From: Eledone cirrhosa
Lineage: Eukaryota
NCBI GenBank assembly: GCA_964016885.1
Contig: OZ024758.1
Coordinates: forward strand, 17,360,001 to 17,424,000
Direction of reading: 5' to 3'
Length of the DNA stretch: 64,000 nucleotides
Positions 59,391 to 64,000 of this stretch are shown here, piece by piece. The number at the start of each line of letters is the position of its first letter. Position 1 is the stretch's first letter. A program made the position numbers and the translations under genes. The notes under the pieces are model-generated. The model had not been told where the DNA came from. It worked only from the letters and a program-made list of their open reading frames with translations, and did no database searches.

Positions 59391-59550
59391 AAAGGTAAGG
59401 GTGGTGATCTGTAGCTACAGGTTAACGCTCACTGAACACAAATGTAATCAACCGAAGACATTCTATCCATGACCTTATCATCTACGCTTTACGAGAGTAT
59501 GTACTACTATATTAACCAATAAGTTCTTAACTTATCTCACCCTTTGTATG

Positions 59551-59740
59551 TCATCATCATCACTCATCGACTACTGTCGAGATCACGGATCTCACTCTCA
59601 TGCCCCAGAATCCCCCGTCCCCCATCACTGCCCCCAGGTCCTGTCTGCTGATTCCCGTATCCCTAGAGATAACGTCAGGGAATGACAGCTTCCTACTCCT
59701 AGTCAGGCTGGTGCCAGGGTTCCACAGCAAGAGAGCGGAT
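59551..59740 (-). mobile_element. Second RTE-like LINE family, 3' end
   Basis: Minus-strand frame SALLLWNPGTSLTRSRKLSFPDVISRDTGISRQDLGAVMGDGGFWGMRV...*, followed directly by (GAT)n. Confidence 0.7.
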
Positions 59741-59855
59741 ATGTGTGTGTGTGTATTATTATTATTATTATTTTATTTTATTTTATTTATTTATTTATTT
59801 ATTTTTTTTTTCTTCTCGTGCAATGGCCATACTCGATAACGAGGGGGCAGCCATC

Positions 59856-59923
<68 letters not shown>

Positions 59924-60313
59924 GCATATATCATCATCATCACCGTTTTACGTCCGTTCTTCCACGCTAGCATGGGTTAGACGGGTTGTCCTGTTGCAGG
60001 CAGTGTCCAGTCGGCTGACCTTGTCTTGCTCATACAGGAACTGATTCTGGCTTGATTTCTACAGCTGGATGCCCTTCCTAACACCAACTACATTTACAGT
60101 GAGTGCTGGGTGCTTTTTTGTCGTGGCGCCTACACGTCCACTTTGCAGTGGAATGATAGGGACAGCAGTCCTATCATCTCATCTCTACAGCTGAGTAAAC
60201 ATATATATATGTGTGTGTGTATATATGTGTATATATATATGTATATAAATATGTGTGTATATATATACCAATGCTAGCGTGGAAGATAGACTTTAAACGA
60301 TGATGATGATATG

Positions 60314-60366
<53 letters not shown>

Positions 60367-60377
60367 GTGTGTGTGTT

Positions 60378-60413
<36 letters not shown>

Positions 60414-60528
60414 AAAATATACACACCTATATATAAATCTGAAACTGCTCCTGGTTCTTTGATACAAAACTGTTGATATTTAACTAAAAAACTTTCATCA
60501 TAATTTTATGTAAGAATCTTTACTAGAT

Positions 60529-61127
60529 ATTGTTTCTACGTTAGGCACAAGGCCAGCAATTTACCAGTGTATTACTGGTACTTTATTTTATCGACCCTGT
60601 AAGGATGAAAGGCAAAGTTAACCTCGGTGGGATTTGAACTCAGATCATAAAGGGCCGTAACACTCTGCCACAAATGATAGTGTCCGACTCTCTACCGATT
60701 TTGCCAATCCATTGTCTTCCTGTAGGCAAGCAATTATCCCAGTGCATTACTGGTACTTTATTTTATTGACGACTTAAAGGTGAAAGGCAAAATTAACCTC
60801 GGCGGGATTTGAACTCAGAACGTAAAGGGCCGTAACTCTGTACTGCAAAGCATGGCGTCCGACCGTCTACTGATACTGCCAATCAACAGAAGCAGAACAC
60901 AAAATAACCATCAGAATAGTGGTTTCTGATTGAGCCACAAGGCCAGCAATTTGGGAGCAGGGGAAAGTTGATTAAATCAACCCTAGTGCATTACTGGTAC
61001 TTTATTTTATCGACCCCCGTAAGGATGAAAGGCAGAGCTTACATGGCAGAATTTGAACTGAGAACGTAAAGGATCGTAACTCTATGCCACGAACCATTGT
61101 ATCTGAGCCCCCAACGATTCTGCCAAA
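60529..61127 (-). mobile_element. Three tandem SINE family A copies inside a MITE family 2 remnant
   Basis: Consensus matches at 60529-60711, 60725-60885 and 60920-61127. Confidence 0.85.
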
Positions 61128-61324
61128 TAATGAAAACCCTAATTATATTATATTACTAAATCCAACTAAATTTTTTATTAATTTCAAAATTATTTGCAAA
61201 TCCCTGACAGTGCCTTTCATTAGAAATATGATAGCGAATGTGTTATGACAGTAGGGGGTGATTTAGTCATGCAGAACTGTTTCAAGCATGTTGTGTAACA
61301 ATGTACATAGAGTCTGCCTCAGGG

Positions 61325-61362
61325 ACGACAATGATGATGTTGATGATGATGATGATGATGGC

Positions 61363-61403
<41 letters not shown>

Positions 61404-61534
61404 GGTCAATGATGATGATGATGATAATGATGATGATGATGATGATGATGATGGCAATGATGGTGATGATGATGTTGATAATAATGATGATGATGATGAT
61501 GATAATGATGAGGTCGATGATGATGATGATGATA

Positions 61535-61566
<32 letters not shown>

Positions 61567-62072
61567 AATGATGATGATGGTGATGATGATGATAATGAGG
61601 TTGATGATGATAATGGTGATGAGGTCGATGATGGTGATGATGATGATGATGCTGTTGATGATGATGATAATTAAAATGACAATGATGATAATGATGATGA
61701 GCTTGATGATAATGCTGATGATGGTGATGATGGTGATGATTATGATGGTGATGATGGCACACATGTTGCTCCTACTGCTGATAACATTGACAAAGATAAT
61801 GATGATGATGATGACAGTGTTGATGGTGGCAGTAGTAGTGCTGCTGCTACTACTGCTGATGATGATGATGATGATGATGACAGTGTTGATGGTGGTAGTA
61901 GTAGTGCTGCTGCTACTACTGCTGATGATGATGATGATATTACTGCTGTTGATATTATTGATGATGATGATGATGATAATGATGGATTTGATGATAAAGA
62001 TGATGATATTCATCATTACTACTATTGATAGTGATGATGATGGTTATTATGATGATGATGATGATGATAATT
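61325..62072. repeat. (GAT)n-derived repeat
   Basis: Direct reading. Confidence 0.93.
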
Positions 62073-62089
62073 ATAATCAGCGCTACTGC

Positions 62090-63127
62090 TACAACACAGC
62101 ACAGCACAGCACAGCACAGCACAACACAGCACAACACAGCACAACACAACACAGCACAACACAACACAACACAGCACAACACAGCACAGCACAGCACAGC
62201 ACAACACAACACAGCACAGCACAACACAGCACAACACAACACAACACAACACAGCACAGCACAGCACAGCACAGCACAACACAGCACAGCACAGCACAGC
62301 ACAGCACAGCACAGCACAGCACAGCACAACACAGCACAACACAGCACAGCACAACACAGCACAGCACAGCACAGCACAACACAACACAACACAACACAAC
62401 ACAACACAACACAACACAACACAACACAGCACAGCACAACACAACACAACACAGCACAGCACAGCACAACACAGCACAGCACAACACAACACAACACAAC
62501 ACAGCACAACACAACACAGCACAACACAGCACAACACAGCACAACACAACACAGCACAACACAGCACAGCACAACACAACATAACACAGCAGAGCACAGC
62601 ACAGCACAACACAGCACAGCACAGCACAACACAGCACAACACAACACAACACAGCACAACACAACACAACACAACACAGCACAACACAGCACAACATAAC
62701 ACAGCAGAGCACAGCACAGCACAACACAGCACAGCACAACACAGCACAACACAACACAACACAACACAGCACAACACAGCACAACACAGCACAACACAAC
62801 ACAACACAACACAACACAGCACAACACAGCACAACACAGCACAACACAACACAGCACAACACAACACAACACAGCACAACACAGCACAACACAACACAGC
62901 ACAACACAACACAGCACAACACAACACAACACAACACAACACAGCACAGCACAACACAGCACAACACAACACAGCACAACACAACACAGCACAGCACAGC
63001 ACAACACAACACAACACAACACAGCACAACACAGCACAGCACAACACAGCACAACACAACACAACACAGCACAACACAACACAGCACAACACAGCACAAC
63101 ACAACACAACACAGCACAACACAACAC
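62090..63127. repeat. Pentanucleotide satellite (ACAGC/ACAAC)n, ~207 units
   Basis: Two-variant pentamer array. Confidence 0.96.
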
Positions 63128-63286
63128 TACATTTACATTGCGTTGTGTATATTTATGTTACCGTTTCCAATGAAATAATCGGAACTTTGGTACCAAGGTA
63201 TTGTTTACGTAACACTAAACAGGTGCCATGGGAGATGTAGATGATCACACAACATCTTATACAGTGCATTTCATAACTGATCAGTT

Positions 63287-63917
63287 CCGAGGTTAACTTT
63301 GCCTTTCATCCTTACGGGTTCGATAAAATAAAGTACCAGTAATGCACTGGGATAATTGCTGGCCTTGTGCCAAAAAGTAGAAACAATTATTATTATTATT
63401 AGGGCAATAATGTACTGGGTAATTGCTGGCCTTGTGCCTAAAGTAGGAACAATTATTATTATTATTAGGGCAGTAATGTACTGGGTAATTGCTGGCCTTG
63501 TGCCTAAAGTAGAAACAATTATTATTATTATTAGGGTGGTGGATTGGCAGTATCGGTAGAGGGTCGGACGCCATGCTTTCCAGCATAGTTACGTCCCTTT
63601 ACGATCTGAGTTCAAATCCCGCGAGGTTAAATTTGCCTTTCATCCTTAGAGGGTCGATAAAATAAAGTACCAGTAATACACTGAGTAATTGCTGGCCTTG
63701 TACCAAAGGTAGAAAATTATTATTATCAGGGTGGTGGATTGGCAGTATCGGTAGAGGGTCAGACATGCTTTCCAGCATAGTTACGTCCCTTTACGATCTG
63801 AGTTCAAATCCCGCCGAGGTTAACTTTGCCCTTCATCCTTACAGGGTCGATAAAATAAAGTACCAGTAATGTACTGGGATAATTGCTGGCCTTGTGCCTA
63901 AAGTAGAAACAATTATT
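63287..63917 (+). mobile_element. SINE family A cluster: truncated copy, two extra tail repeats, two full copies
   Basis: Tail taatgtactgggtaattgctggccttgtgcc.aaagtagaaacaa(tta)n repeated five times; full heads at 63535 and 63730. Confidence 0.9.
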
Positions 63918-64000
63918 ATTACTATTGTTGTTATTTTTATATATTACAGTGTTTCAACTGAAAACATTATTATTTTCATTAATATTTTCATCGAGGAGCT

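Noticed and set aside
61955-63127. Cys-rich VLCC / QHST repeat ORFs
   Set aside because: Translations of a pentanucleotide satellite.

Overview
AT-rich eukaryotic (animal) genomic DNA with no host protein-coding gene that I can identify. The SINE families and the very high microsatellite load look like a cephalopod (Octopus-type) genome; this is inference. The window is a mosaic of (TA)n/(CA)n/(GGT)n/(GAT)n/(ACARC)n simple repeats, three tRNA-derived SINE families, piggyBac-type (TTAA) and hAT-type MITEs, and 3' fragments of CR1, RTE and Ingi/Vingi-like LINEs. It also contains a 5'-truncated Penelope-like element (RT C-terminus plus GIY-YIG endonuclease, 16233-18842, minus strand). Almost all long ORFs in the ORF track are microsatellite artefacts. 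The main signal not shown by the ORF track is a set of type I hammerhead ribozyme motifs (CUGANGA...GAAA...UH with pairable stems), found by eye. They fall into about seven sequence-unrelated families: nine complete or near-complete copies, plus half and degenerate copies. Nearly all lie in short elements abutting (TA)n tracts, and several share one architecture: a sense arm ending in (TA)n plus an inverted arm carrying an extra 55-110 bp extension. This looks like a diverse community of (TA)n-associated Penelope/retrozyme-like elements. All coordinates were read by eye and element boundaries are approximate.
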